From Ginkgo biloba (lineage: Eukaryota > Plantae > Ginkgophyta), in the NCBI GenBank assembly GCA_024626585.2, contig JANKJI020000002.1, positions 227,481,944-227,505,654 on the forward strand: a stretch of DNA of 23,711 nt. Reading direction: 5' to 3'. The notes below the pieces were generated by a model. That model was given only the letters and a program-made list of their open reading frames with translations. It had not been told where the DNA came from and searched no databases. Position 1 is the stretch's first letter, and every line of letters begins with the position of its first letter. Shown here one piece after another: positions 1 through 11,639 of this stretch. The position numbers and the translations under genes are program-made.

Positions 1-1440
1 TTTCTTGCATGTCAAATTGGACATGTGCCTTTCTCTTGATGGGTTTTGAATTGAATCAATTAATTAATTTCCACTTTACTCATCCCTGAGTCAAGTGGAA
101 TTGATTGAGTAGGTGTTAACAATATAACATGGTATTGTTTTATTTATTTTTTATCAATTAGTTTTACTTAAACTTATACTTCTATATTACCCCCCATTAC
201 ATCTATATTCCCTATGACCTACATGTCATTTCCCAGTGCATCTCCTCACACAATATCCTCATCATACCTCCTAGTTCCATCATTTCATCAATTTTCCTTA
301 GCTTGTATCATTACCTTTTGTATCCTACTTGTATCTCCTTGTGCACTCAAAAGAGCTTACATAGTTATAATTCTTTGTGTGCTTAGAGTATCTTGCATGA
401 TTTCATATTTTTATGCACTTATAACATATTTCACAGCTACATTTGTGTACTCATATATTTTTATCCACTTTCACGATGCCTTGAATATTGATGTGATGGT
501 AGATTTCCTAACTACTTTACATTTTATTGTGCAACTTTTCCTTGTGCTAGTTTCTTAAACTATTTATAAATATTTGAATCTTTGGCCTTCTTTCACATAG
601 ACTCTTCCTATCCTTTTCCTTTATCACATTCTTCATCACCATTAAATTTCACTTTATCAATTATATGAGGATTTAAAAAACTAATGCCTTTTTTTGGAGG
701 ATTATTTCCTCCATCACCTTCAGCCATATTTTAAGCAACACTATCCTATAGTTTCCTAGATGAAGTCATTTCTTTACCAGTCTCCTTTAGTCTCTTTATC
801 TTTTGAGATGCAAAAAAATATTATATTTTCTCTTTTGCACCCTAAGGCTTTAGTTCAAAGTGTTTCTTCAAAATCTCCTCCTCATGGAGCTTGACCTTTC
901 CCTTGGTAAATTTCTTCACTTGATTGGAATTAGTCCTATCATCCCCTTCTCCTTCCTAGGAATAAATAGAGTCTTATTCATANNNNNNNNNNNNNNNNNN
1001 NNNNNNNNNNNNNNNNNNNNNNNNNNNNNNNNNNNNNNNNNNNNNNNNNNNNNNNNNNNNNNNNTGTAGTCCAATTTTCTTCTTGGAGAATTTCTTTTTA
1101 CCAACCTTGAGTCATTTACTACAAAGGCATAAATGTATCCTTTCCTTCCTCCTCATTAAATTGATGATAATAATCCTTTATCTTGAATGTTTTGTGGAAG
1201 TAATATATCACTCTTTTGGGGTCATATAAACTCCCTATCTTAAAAAATTATTAGGAACCATCCTGGAAGTCATACTTTCTAACTACATATATTCTTCACA
1301 CCCCTTATGAATATTTATATCACTATTATCACCGTTTTTAACACCTCTAAATTCACCCTTTTTTTATGCATAGTTATCATTATTATAAATATTATTTTAT
1401 CCTTTTACCATTATAATTCATATCTTATAGCCCAAGAATA
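1..1440 (-). mobile_element. Probable 3' part of a decayed LTR retrotransposon: K/E-rich extra-ORF remnant, polypurine-tract-like run and start of the 3' LTR
   Basis: The minus strand is purine-rich and gives stop-interrupted K/E-rich peptides (YDPKRVIYYFHKTFKIKDYYHQFNEEE; KLHEEEILKKHFELKP; YKLRKIDEMMELEEV). These are followed by ATGGGGGGTAA (G run at + 190-195) and TATAGAAG, a possible decayed TG LTR start. No RT or integrase motif is seen, so the assignment is inference. Confidence 0.4.
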
Positions 1441-2705
1441 CATTACCAATTTATGATAATTTGACACGTATTTCTATAGTTATTTTTATACTTGGTACTT
1501 TTATATATCACATTAGCATGATACATAGACACTTTAACCTTCATGGCCATNNNNNNNNNNNNNNNNNNNNNNNNNNNNNNNNNNNNNNNNNNNNNNNNNN
1601 NNNNNNNNNNNNNNNNNNNNNNNNNNNNNNNNNNNNNNNNNNNNNNNNNNATTTTTGTTAGTAGATGTTGTACTATATATTGTATCATTTTATTCATTAA
1701 TGTTATCTTGGAATTTTTCATTTACATATTGTATGTGTGTGCGTTTTAGATCTATATTTGTATATTTTTTCTAGTTGATCCTAAGAGACAAATAAATTTA
1801 TATCAAATCATGAATCTTAACTACCTCATAGAAGAAACCTACACTTGTCCACTATGAAAAATAATGTGTATAATAAAAACAACATCCTTAGAGGTCAAAA
1901 ACTAGTCTCAAATGTATATAAATATTTTTCATCATTTCTCAAAAAATGACCAGTTTCCCATAGTATTATCTAGTTTCCACTGCCCCTGTTAGAATTATCC
2001 ATTTTTGAATTTAGTGAATTTAAGAAAAATGTAGAAGAGTATTGTACAGGTTGACAATGTCCCATAATATCCAATATCAATTTTCTTAAAATTTCCTTCA
2101 TTAAATCCTTTGAAATATCTACTACAACATCATAGAATCCTCTAGATTTAGATTTGTACTTTAAATAACATAAACAATAAGAGGAATCATGAAAAAAAAT
2201 GAGTTAGTTAATGGGAGTAGCTCATAGCCACGTGTGCATAGGATTATTTGGAAAATAATTAATTTTGTTGTAAAGTTTGAACTTTACCTTAATAATTTTT
2301 TATTTAGGACTAAGCACAGTCTTATGGAACACTATATGGCCCTGTCTTACACTCTTGGGATCTATTCATAGTGTTATCCCCCTTTTGGTAGTGATAAAGT
2401 CACATGTAACAACCATATGACCAAAAATTATTTCTAGTTTCAATAGAAGGTGCTAAAATATAATTTTTATCCCCCAAGTACTTAAAAATATGATTGCATG
2501 CAAAAATTTTCAACCAAGGGATAATAACATGAGAGATTAACTAATTTTTTCTCCAAATTGAGACTTTTAACTTAATGTTTTGACATTTTTTATTTTGATC
2601 AAGCATTATTGATTAGAAAAACATGATTTTTAGCCTTTTCATGTTGTAAAAGAAAGAGAAAACTTTGATATTTTATGTAATTTATCATATATAAATATAA
2701 TATTA

Positions 2706-2941
2706 GTGTCTTTGTTAGACTTATCACATCCCTTTGAAGTCAAAACTGACACCTCTAATTATGCATTTGGTGTTGTCCTTGAGAAAAATGGCCATCCTAT
2801 TGCTTATCATTCCATGACCTTTTTCCAAACTCATTGAAATTACTCAACCTATGATAAATAGATATATGCCTTAGTACAAGCCATCAAATACTACTGTCAT
2901 TAACTTCTATACAAATTAACTATTATTCACATACACCATTT
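2706..2941 (+). mobile_element. Ty3/gypsy Pol RNase H fragment, pseudogenised
   Basis: Translates as VSLLDLSHPFEVKTDTSNYAFGVVLEKNGHPIAYHSMTFFQTH*NYSTYDK*IYALVQAIKYYCH*LLYKLTIIHIHH. This fits the gypsy RNase H pattern PF.VETDAS.YAIGAVL.Q.GHPIAY.S...NYSTYDKELYALVQA...WRHYL...IIHTDH. It has three in-frame stops and runs into a gap. Confidence 0.93.
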
Positions 2942-3843
2942 NNNNNNNNNNNNNNNNNNNNNNNNNNNNNNNNNNNNNNNNNNNNNNNNNNNNNNNNNNN
3001 NNNNNNNNNNNNNNNNNNNNNNNNNNNNNNNNNNNNNNNNNGTAATTTTATCTTGTAGAATAAATTATTAAATGGTTCAAAAATTATAAAACTTTTTGAA
3101 TCAAATCTTTCTTAATTTGCATACCAATATAAAAAATGCTAAGAAATATTTAGAGTGAATGATTTTGTCCTTAGAAGAACTTTTATTTTCTAAGAATGGA
3201 CCTAATTCCATATATAAATACTGTAAAAATAAGAAATTCAATATTCTCATAATATTNNNNNNNNNNNNNNNNNNNNNNNNNNNNNNNNNNNNNNNNNNNN
3301 NNNNNNNNNNNNNNNNNNNNNNNNNNNNNNNNNNNNNNNNNNNNNTTTAAGGACACTAAGTTAGGTAGCATCAATGAATTTATCATGATCATATTGCATC
3401 GCATCTTCAATAGCCTTAATTCCTTGAAAATAAAAAATATTAATATTTCTAAATAAATATAATAGATGTAATCAATTATTAGTTAAATATAAAATTAGGC
3501 TTAGGATGCATGTTGTCACTAAATGAAAAGTTATTTTTATAAATATAAAATCATACACATATGTATATAAAGATGTACATGGTCATATATGTATTGATAT
3601 TGAGGACTAAATAATCACTAACACAAAGTAAAACATTTATTCTAAGGTCCTACTAACCATTATAATGGTATTTAATTAACACTATAAGATATAATGGAAT
3701 TATATTATATTGCCTTGTTACTAGATTATATTATGATCATATATTTAGCTTTTGTCATTGGAAGACATTCTATATCAATGGATAAGATTTTGGTAATTTT
3801 AATTTGTATTTTCACTTCTTTTTTTCAGTTGTTTATTTTATAA

Positions 3844-4048
3844 ATTATTTGATTTTAGTTAACTTAGTTTTCTTAAAATGTAGCATTTTGGAGTTTAATA
3901 ATTGATTTTGATTTTAGTAAATTGAACTTGGCTTGGATGTAATGTGTTAAAGTTTAAAGTAATGTAAATTTTAGCATTATTATTTTTGGTGGATTTTCAT
4001 ATTAATAGAATTTGGAAGGAATTATTTGATTTTAGTTAACATAGTTTT
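3844..4048. repeat. Direct repeat pair of 28 bp, 177 bp apart
   Basis: ATTATTTGATTTTAGTTAACTTAGTTTT at 3844 versus ATTATTTGATTTTAGTTAACATAGTTTT at 4021 (27/28). Confidence 0.75.
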
Positions 4049-4643
4049 ATTTGGATGCCATGGCTTGGATCTTGAATTTATTTATAATTCATTACATCGT
4101 TGGTTTTTTTAGGTTTTTACATTATTAAAGTAGAGTTTAGTAAGTTAGATTTTACTAATCATATATATTAAAACAATTATGAATGTACATCCATCCACCC
4201 CTAATGAATATTATTGGTCAATAATTTTATAATATATGATTAAATACTAAGAAATAGATAAACTAATAAGANNNNNNNNNNNNNNNNNNNNNNNNNNNNN
4301 NNNNNNNNNNNNNNNNNNNNNNNNNNNNNNNNNNNNNNNNNNNNNNNNNNNNNNNNNNNNNNNNNNNNNNNNNNNNNNNNNNNNNNNNNNNNNNNNNNNN
4401 NNNNNNNNNNNNNNNNNNNNNNNNNNNNNNNNNNNNNNNNNNNNNNNNNNNNNNNNATAAAGTAGTATTAAAATATCTATATTATTTATAATAAAATTAG
4501 GCATCCATCAAACTCATGCTATAGCTAATTATTCTTAAGTAAATACTTACTTATAGTCACTTAATATTACATGCATGCATTCCATATGAAATAATTAACA
4601 TCCATCTTACCCATATCAAACTTATTTATAATGACCTCATTAC

Positions 4644-5660
4644 TTAACCATGGTTAATACAATATATAACTATGATTNNNNNNNNNNNNNNNNNNNNNNN
4701 NNNNNNNNNNNNNNNNNNNNNNNNNNNNNNNNNNNNNNNNNNNNNNNNTGATTTTATATTAAAAAAACTAGAACAAACATTCCCACTATAGTTAACTTAA
4801 TGTATAACCACGGTTATATCAATACTTAACTATGGTTCAATAAATGATCAATTTTGATCAGATCCATAGTAAATTTATGTATGATCTATATCTCTACTAT
4901 TATAAAAAAATAATAAAAATTCAACCACTCATCATCCCTGATAGTAGACCCATTCCTATGTTGGATTTGATTACCTTTATGGTGGTGAAATGATGTCTAT
5001 CCACTATATCTATGGTGGTGGAGCCATGTTGGTATACCATCATGAATATTATGAACTAGCATGGGTCAACCATCATGGAGATGGTGGATTAGCAAGGTTT
5101 GCCTCTTACATATTAAATTAATGACAACACAAAAATGGATCCATTATCATAGAGATAATCACAACTATCATGTAGGTCCACCATCATAAATGATTATATA
5201 GGATTTAGGTTGAGTAATATATGGGATTATTACTTTTATATAAATTTGTAAATACACATATTACTATATTAAAAAATAGAACTTTTAAAAAATCCTATTC
5301 ATCCATGCTAAACATACACAAATATAATCCAATATGAACATAAATATAAATGAAATATATATACTAGTCCATCCTAAATATATTATTAATACTAATATTA
5401 AACTATACTTTAATTTAAATTAGAACTAAGAATCTATAAATATTTGAACCCATATTTAACTATCACCAAATCAATTATTTATTATGGTTGGCCTAATACT
5501 AATTATTATTAGATCAATAAAATTTTAAAGTATTACAAAAGTTTTAAAAAATAATATTTCTATGGTTAAGTCAATTTTTAATTATAATCACTAAATTAAC
5601 TAGCATCTATCTTATCCAATATACACTTAATCATAGTTAGATAAATGCTTAACCATGGTT
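4644..5660. repeat. Dispersed palindromic TAACCRYGGTTA motif cluster, probably subterminal repeats of a DNA transposon
   Basis: TTAACCATGGTTAA 4644-4657 (perfect palindrome), TATAACCACGGTTATA 4803-4818, TTAACTATGGTT 4826-4837 and TTAACCATGGTT 5649-5660, with more decayed copies near 4667, 4786, 5560 and 5627. Confidence 0.7.
4885..5367 (+). mobile_element. Candidate non-autonomous Helitron
   Basis: A|TCTATATCTCTACTATTATAAAA at 4885 resembles a plant Helitron 5' TC terminus, and CTAG|T at 5364-5368 could be the 3' end. The A|T empty site rebuilds ATCCATCC, a motif also present in the flank near 4189. No clear 3' subterminal hairpin is visible. Confidence 0.35.
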
Positions 5661-5669
5661 GGGTCAATA

Positions 5670-5799
5670 CTCTCTCTCTCTCTCATGTTCTCTCTCTCTC
5701 CCCCTATGTCTATCTCTCTATCTATTTATTTGTATATCTATCTCTCTATCTATCAATATATCTCTATAGATGTTAAACACACACACACACACACACACA
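5670..5799. repeat. Compound microsatellite: (CT)n, (TATC)-like and (AC)11
   Basis: CT runs at 5670-5684 and 5689-5700, degenerate TATC units to about 5765, and (AC)11 at 5777-5798. Confidence 0.95.
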
Positions 5800-6355
5800 T
5801 ATAGATAAATACTGCTGGATATGTGTTGTATACTTTGCATGTTTTNNNNNNNNNNATAGATAAATAATGGAAAATAATTGCAGACATAATGGTAATTCAT
5901 AATTATGATAATAAAGTTGTTATTTTTTTGTAAAAATAATAATATAAATGTTGATGTGAATTTTATAAAAGTACACACCAAATAACATATTAAGAATATA
6001 TATGTATATGAACTTTTTCAATTTATAAAAAAATCACCAAATTTAAATGCAATAAATGCTAATTTCTATAAAACCCAGTGACTTGTGTGGGTACCAGTAA
6101 GTATTTGAGTTAGTTAATCATAATATATAATCAAATAATTTTATTTATACTATTAAGGAATGCTTTTGCTTCCATAATTTATGTGAGGTGTTGTTATGTG
6201 CATCGAGGAAGGTAATATCTCAAGTTAAAATCATTCATAATATACATGTGATTTANNNNNNNNNNNNNNNNNNNNNNNNNNNNNNNNNNNNNNNNNNNNN
6301 NNNNNNNNNNNNNNNNNNNNNNNNNNNNNNNNNNNNNNNNNNNNNNNNNNNNNNN

Positions 6356-6492
6356 TCCTTCACCATATCTTCCTTAAGTTTTGATTATTGGATCAAAACC
6401 AAATCTAAAAATTCTGAAACCAAAATTCTCTTTAAGGCTCTTTTCTTCTCAAGAGAGCCTAAACCTCTGATATTCCAAGAAATGTCTTTCAT
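6356..6492 (-). pseudogene. L1-clade LINE ORF2 N-terminus (APE-type endonuclease), truncated by a gap
   Basis: ATG at 6492 gives MKDISWNIRGLGSLEKKRALKRILVSEFLDLVLIQ*SKLKEDMVK, matching the canonical plant L1 endonuclease start (SWNIRGLG...D...LIQETKL). One stop replaces the conserved Glu. Confidence 0.92.
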
Positions 6493-6508
6493 TTCAACAT
6501 CCTTCTCC

Positions 6509-7890
6509 TTAGGATTTAAATGAATTTAGAATTTTTCTCTGAACACCTTCATCTAACCCTATCTTAACCTCTAATTCTCTCTTCTACTTTAATGAAGGGT
6601 GGCCTGGTCTCTTCAGGATCACCTTACCCACATCCATCCCTGGTGACTTAGGGAGCTTCTTCCTATGATCCATTTTTATCTTCTAGAGGTCCAAATGGCC
6701 TCTCCATGACCTTACAGGAGTAACACCTACTTTGGGACTTTCCTCTCCTTCTACTAACAAGAAAGCCACTTTCTTTTCAGCGACACTGGACTTCATATCC
6801 ACTTCCACCATATTTACATCAAAGACTTGAACAAAGATCTTTCTTTCCTCTAGAACTTCAATCTTGGAAGAGTTCTTTCCAGAATATGATGAAGGAATCG
6901 AAACTAAAGCATTACCATCTCTCAGAGCTAGAACCTGATCATCAACTAATATAGTCGCTTTCAACGATGTTAAACCCACTTTTGTCTTCAGAGAAAAATT
7001 TGAAGAAACTAGGTCGCTCTTCAAAAAACTATCACCCAGTGTTCGATTTGAGTCTTTCCCTATGGGTGACTTAGAAATGGATAAAACTAAACCCGATCTC
7101 TCTCTATCTACCGCATCACTTGGCTCCTCCAACTGCTTGGGTTCAATGTTATCCAACTTAATAAACAACTCTGATATATCCATATTTCTAGGACTTACTC
7201 TATCACCAGACAGAGATAAACTTAAATATGAACTCAAGGGATAACTACTTAGAAGAATTGAACAGTAAAAACTTACCATATTTAATGGCATCGACCTTTT
7301 TTAGCATCTTAAAATATCCCTTGAATAGTTATAATTTAAACTTTGAAGACCAAGGGTCTTGGACAACTCCAAAAAAGTAATTCCTACATCTTGATTATCC
7401 AAGATCGTTACCTTCTCCGGACGATCCACCTCCATAGAAATCAATGCCACACTGTCTGATTTAAAGGCGATCTCATTAGAATTACTTATTAGAGTGTCAT
7501 TTGTATGCACAAATCTTAGAAGATTTGAGGAACCCTCTCCATAAGAAGCCAGATCGATAGCCTTCAAGCTGACCAATATGCTTTTTCCAACACCTTCTGT
7601 TTCAAAGGGTAATTCTGAAACCCCTAATGCCTNNNNNNNNNNNNNNNNNNNNNNNNNNNNNNNNNNNNNNNNNNNNNNNNNNNNNNNNNNNNNNNNNNNN
7701 NNNNNNNNNNNNNNNNNNNNNNNNNNNNNNNNCCTGGGGACTAGCATGCCCCACGGGGATGATTCCCCCTAAGTTAATGCACTAATCCACTATGTAACTA
7801 AATCTTCCTCAAGGCATAGGCACTTCATTGAAAATTCATACGACTGAACCTTTAAGCGATTTCCCTGAGAATCCATCACATTATCATTAG
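6509..7890 (-). pseudogene. L1-clade LINE ORF1 C-terminal region, stop-interrupted
   Basis: Track ORFs 7301-7747 and 6683-7291 are in one frame, which continues to a TAA at 6509-6511, 16 nt upstream of the ORF2 ATG. The protein is S/D/E/K-rich and ends KRPGHPSLK*KRELEVKIGLDEGVQRKI, a GRPS.K..RE...G.Q..I-type ORF1 tail. The upstream boundary is approximate. Confidence 0.8.
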
Positions 7891-8169
7891 GAATGCATTT
7901 TCATTCTATTCCAACTTGCTCATATTTACATCCTGTTGAATGATATTTTTTCATTTATATATCTCATTTTATGTGTACATATGGTCCATATATTATTCAT
8001 ATTTGTTTAATTTATGATCCTATACATACCCTTTCATTATATTATATTATGTGGTCCACATGCATCGTATTATATTTGACCACATGGGTTCCTTTACTTT
8101 ATGGTATATGCACTAAGTTTATATAGTTTTTATTATTGATTTATATTATATTAGATATATTTATGGCTT

Positions 8170-11100
8170 TTCCTAATACTAAAATTAGTTATAGAAGTTT
8201 GATACCACCATTTCATGACACATAATCTCATGACCCCATTATATTAGGATACATGTCTTCATGGCATATCATATTCTTCCATAATGGTTAAGGTCATGAG
8301 GCTAATTCATCTTTATATGCAAATTATTTCTAAGCATAAAATGATTAGCATCTTGGCCTCAACATTACTCTTTGAAATCATGAAGCACACTCATTCTAAT
8401 AAGTCTACTTCATTAATTACTTATTTATTTAGAAGGATATAAAAATATAATTCTTTCCACTAAGAATTGTCATAGGGTTTGAAATACCTAATCATCAATG
8501 GGGTTATTTCTATAATCATTTCACACATGATCCTTTTCATTATATTTGAGTCTTTCCATCATTAATTTCAGTATGATTTCTTCTTTATTAAATTTTTTTT
8601 GGAGGGAAAAGAGAATTGGAGCTTCCATTCATTGATATTACTTCTACTAAGTAAGATAATTTCATATTTCCATCTTATACCATAGATAAAATGAGAATTT
8701 TTCATATTAAAATATTTTTCCATTTCTTTCCACATTGGTTTCCAAGGTTTGGATTTTCCATTTCACATGAATGTATCTTATGTGTTAACGATAATATAAT
8801 TTATATAGAACATCTTATTTTACTTCCTTTGCTTATACACATTTTTAGGATTGTTTAACTATGGTTTTCTAATTCTTGATTATATTCATATTAATAATAA
8901 TATAACATAAAATAACTACAATAATGTCTTAAATAACCATAAATTCAAAGTATGAATTCATTATCATCGATAAAAATTACAACTCATACAAAGTTTAACA
9001 TAACATGGAACAATATCGATTAAAACATATTTCCATTTATAAAAAAATCAAACTTCAATATAAAATAGAGACATGTAATTAGCATGTGTAATATTCAATG
9101 ATTTATTAAATCTTGATTTATTATTAACTCTCATATGATTTTTATATGCATATTTTATCCTAGACTCCTACCTAATTTCAAAATATTTTAATTTAAAATT
9201 AGAATATTACTTAAGTGAATATTCCCTTGAACTTTATTCATAATTACATACTAGCACACAATGTTATATATATTGATATGACCCTTAGACTTTTATTACA
9301 TCCTTGTAATCAATTTAGGCTTACTTATACCTAAAAAGGTATCAGATCCTGAGTTAGCCTAGCAATTTTTAAACCTACATTGTAAATTTTATCTTATCCA
9401 TAACCTATTCCATCTAAAATTATAAAAATTGAATATATATGTTTAATTAATCCATATTATTATTCATATCCTTAAATTATTATATAGTGTTTGTTAACTC
9501 TAATTCCTTGTGTTGTCGAACAAAAAACAATCATTCAACATAAAAAGCCCAAACATTATTTCTTTGTTTAGCTTATTATTCAAATTATCTTAATCATTTT
9601 GTGTCATATACCTTGTGAATTTATAATTTCCACCACTACCTTCTAGATATTTGACAATCCCATTAGATATCATCACATTGTATTTGGACTTGAAACCTTG
9701 CTCCTATTCTTTAAGAACATCTAGTTTATCTAGTGTTTACAACAACTCTTATTCTTTAAGTTCTAATTTACTTAAAGTATTTTTTATCCAATCTATATTG
9801 AATGGAATCCTTTCCTTTTTGTGTTTTCACATTGTCTTATTTGATTAAAGTGGAAATTAATTCCTACATTAAATATTTTTTTTCTCAATTATGACTATTA
9901 TCATAATTGAGTTTAGTCTTTTCTATCCATTATTTATCTATTCCTTCCTTTCCTACAATTCTTATTTTATTGTTCCAAAATGTGCAAATTGAATGTCCAC
10001 ATAACTTAAACTAAACTTTCTAATTTTTGGAGTGTATCTCCCAAATATTTGATTTTACCCCATCCAATGAACTATCATTCAATCTAATATTAATTATGGC
10101 TCCAATATTTTAGATATTCTTAGCATTAACATTTTCCCTAACCAATAGGACTATCTCTTGATCATTTGATTTTGTCCCTAAGTAATATGGATTTTCCATA
10201 ACATTATTATTATTTTAATTCTTTGTGATATTTATCTAATATTTTCTTAAGGTCTTGGACCTTACTTGTGATATTTTTTATTTCTTCTTCATGTAGTTGT
10301 TATTTCTTCTTCTTAAGGANNNNNNNNNNNNNNNNNNNNNNNNNNNNNNNNNNNNNNNNNNNNNNNNNNNNNNNNNNNNNNNNNNNNNNNNNNNNNNNNN
10401 NNNNNNNNNNNNNNNNNNNTAATTCCCATTATCATTAGTAATAGTTCTTAATTCCCAAATGCATTAAAAAATATACATATATGTTTCTCCATATACAAAA
10501 TTATCAAATATCAATGATTTTATATAAATTTTCATTATATGAGATATGGATCCAATATATTCTCCTTCATGGATTGAGCTAAATCCTAGTGTTAATATTA
10601 TCTCTCTTAGTGTTATTCCATATAATAATCCCCTTATAGTTAATTTCCCTCTAGTTTATATCATAATAATAAATTTTTATCACTTATTATATCTCTTTAT
10701 ACTTATTGAATACTCTTGTCCTTTATTTCTTTATAAGACCCTTGAATCCTAAATATTTACTAACAATCAACATATCAATAAAATATAAGTGATATCACTA
10801 AACAAAAACCATTTGATATTTGTTACTAGATTTATGCATTGGAATGTTTTTACTTATGTTGATGCCTTGGACAACATATGATTTATAAGATTTCTTCAAA
10901 TATTATCAAAATATCCAACATATAAAATTCTATTGACTTATTTCCCTTCTTTACATAAGGATTCAAGAAACCTTTGTGATTCTTGTCATATATTTATCTC
11001 TTATGCATATTTATTTTGTGTAGAGATTAATCTTGGAAATATTTATAAGAATTCTTTAAATCTTCATCAACTTTTGTTTAAAACTCTTTCTAATAATATG

Positions 11101-11590
11101 ATATTGCATAATTCTTCACTTACATACCATATTTATTCAATTCAAAACTTCTTTTTGAAAGGTATTTATAATCCTTTGAATTTTTATCACCTTTAAAGTG
11201 GACTCATTAGTTATTCAATGGATATTCAATTCTCTTAATTATTTAAGGATTTGGGTTGATGAACTCGTGGAAATACATATTCTTTATCTTTTAAATGATA
11301 TACTTGTATCTTTACTTTCCTTATAAGTAGAGATAAAATTATCATCAGTAGCTTTGCATGAAAATAATCAACTTCATAATACTTTCATAACTCATGCATA
11401 TTTTAAAGATTCTTATATTCCTAAGATATTCTATAAAAAATTAGTTAAGATTTATTAGTAATAATGTCAATCAATGTAATCTTACTCAAATGAATTACAC
11501 TATACTTCAATTACTAAAGACTCACTCAAAATATCTTTCACTTGAATCCCTTTATAATGGAATTAATATTTGAATATTATTTTTTGATTC
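8170..11590 (-). other. Block of decayed ORF-like sequence of unknown origin
   Basis: There is strong A/G skew on the minus strand and long single-frame peptide runs broken by stops, for example about 11460-10420 (KVKIQVYHLKDKEYVFPRVHQ...IWYVSEELCNIILLERVL...QESQRFLESLCKEGK...GKLTIRGLLYGITLREIILTLGFSSIHEGEYIG). I recognise no domain. Confidence 0.45.
8872..8924. repeat. Copy 1 of a 53-bp direct repeat (partner at 11587-11639)
   Basis: Ungapped manual alignment to 11587-11639 gives 45/53 identities. Confidence 0.75.
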
Positions 11591-11639
11591 ATAATTATGG
11601 TCACATTAATAATAATATACCATATAATAACTATAATAA
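11587..11639. repeat. Copy 2 of a 53-bp direct repeat (partner at 8872-8924)
   Basis: ATTCATAATTATGGTCACATTAATAATAATATACCATATAATAACTATAATAA matches 8872-8924 at 45/53. Confidence 0.75.

Noticed and set aside
214-558. 114-aa hydrophobic + strand ORF
   Set aside because: It reads as the antisense shadow of the purine-rich minus-strand remnant and has no motif.
1850-1965. CACTATGAAAA start and TTTCCCATAGTA end as a mini-CACTA element
   Set aside because: The right end is not TAGTG and the 3-bp flanks (GTC and TTA) are not a TSD.
9338-9349. GGTATCAGATCC as a tRNA-Met PBS (a weaker one, TGGTATCAAAC, is on the minus strand at about 8197-8207)
   Set aside because: The match is imperfect, lacks a preceding CA LTR end, is opposite to the local coding strand, and no gag or viral ORF follows.
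9651-11196. + strand track ORFs at 9651, 10546 and 10933
   Set aside because: They are S/L/F/I-rich antisense shadows of the minus-strand coding-like sequence.
11200-11330. VYHLKDKEYVF or VHFKGDKNSKD as a caulimovirid RNase H C-terminal motif (HIKGKDN..AD.LSR)
   Set aside because: The resemblance is superficial, and the upstream RNase H and RT motifs are absent.
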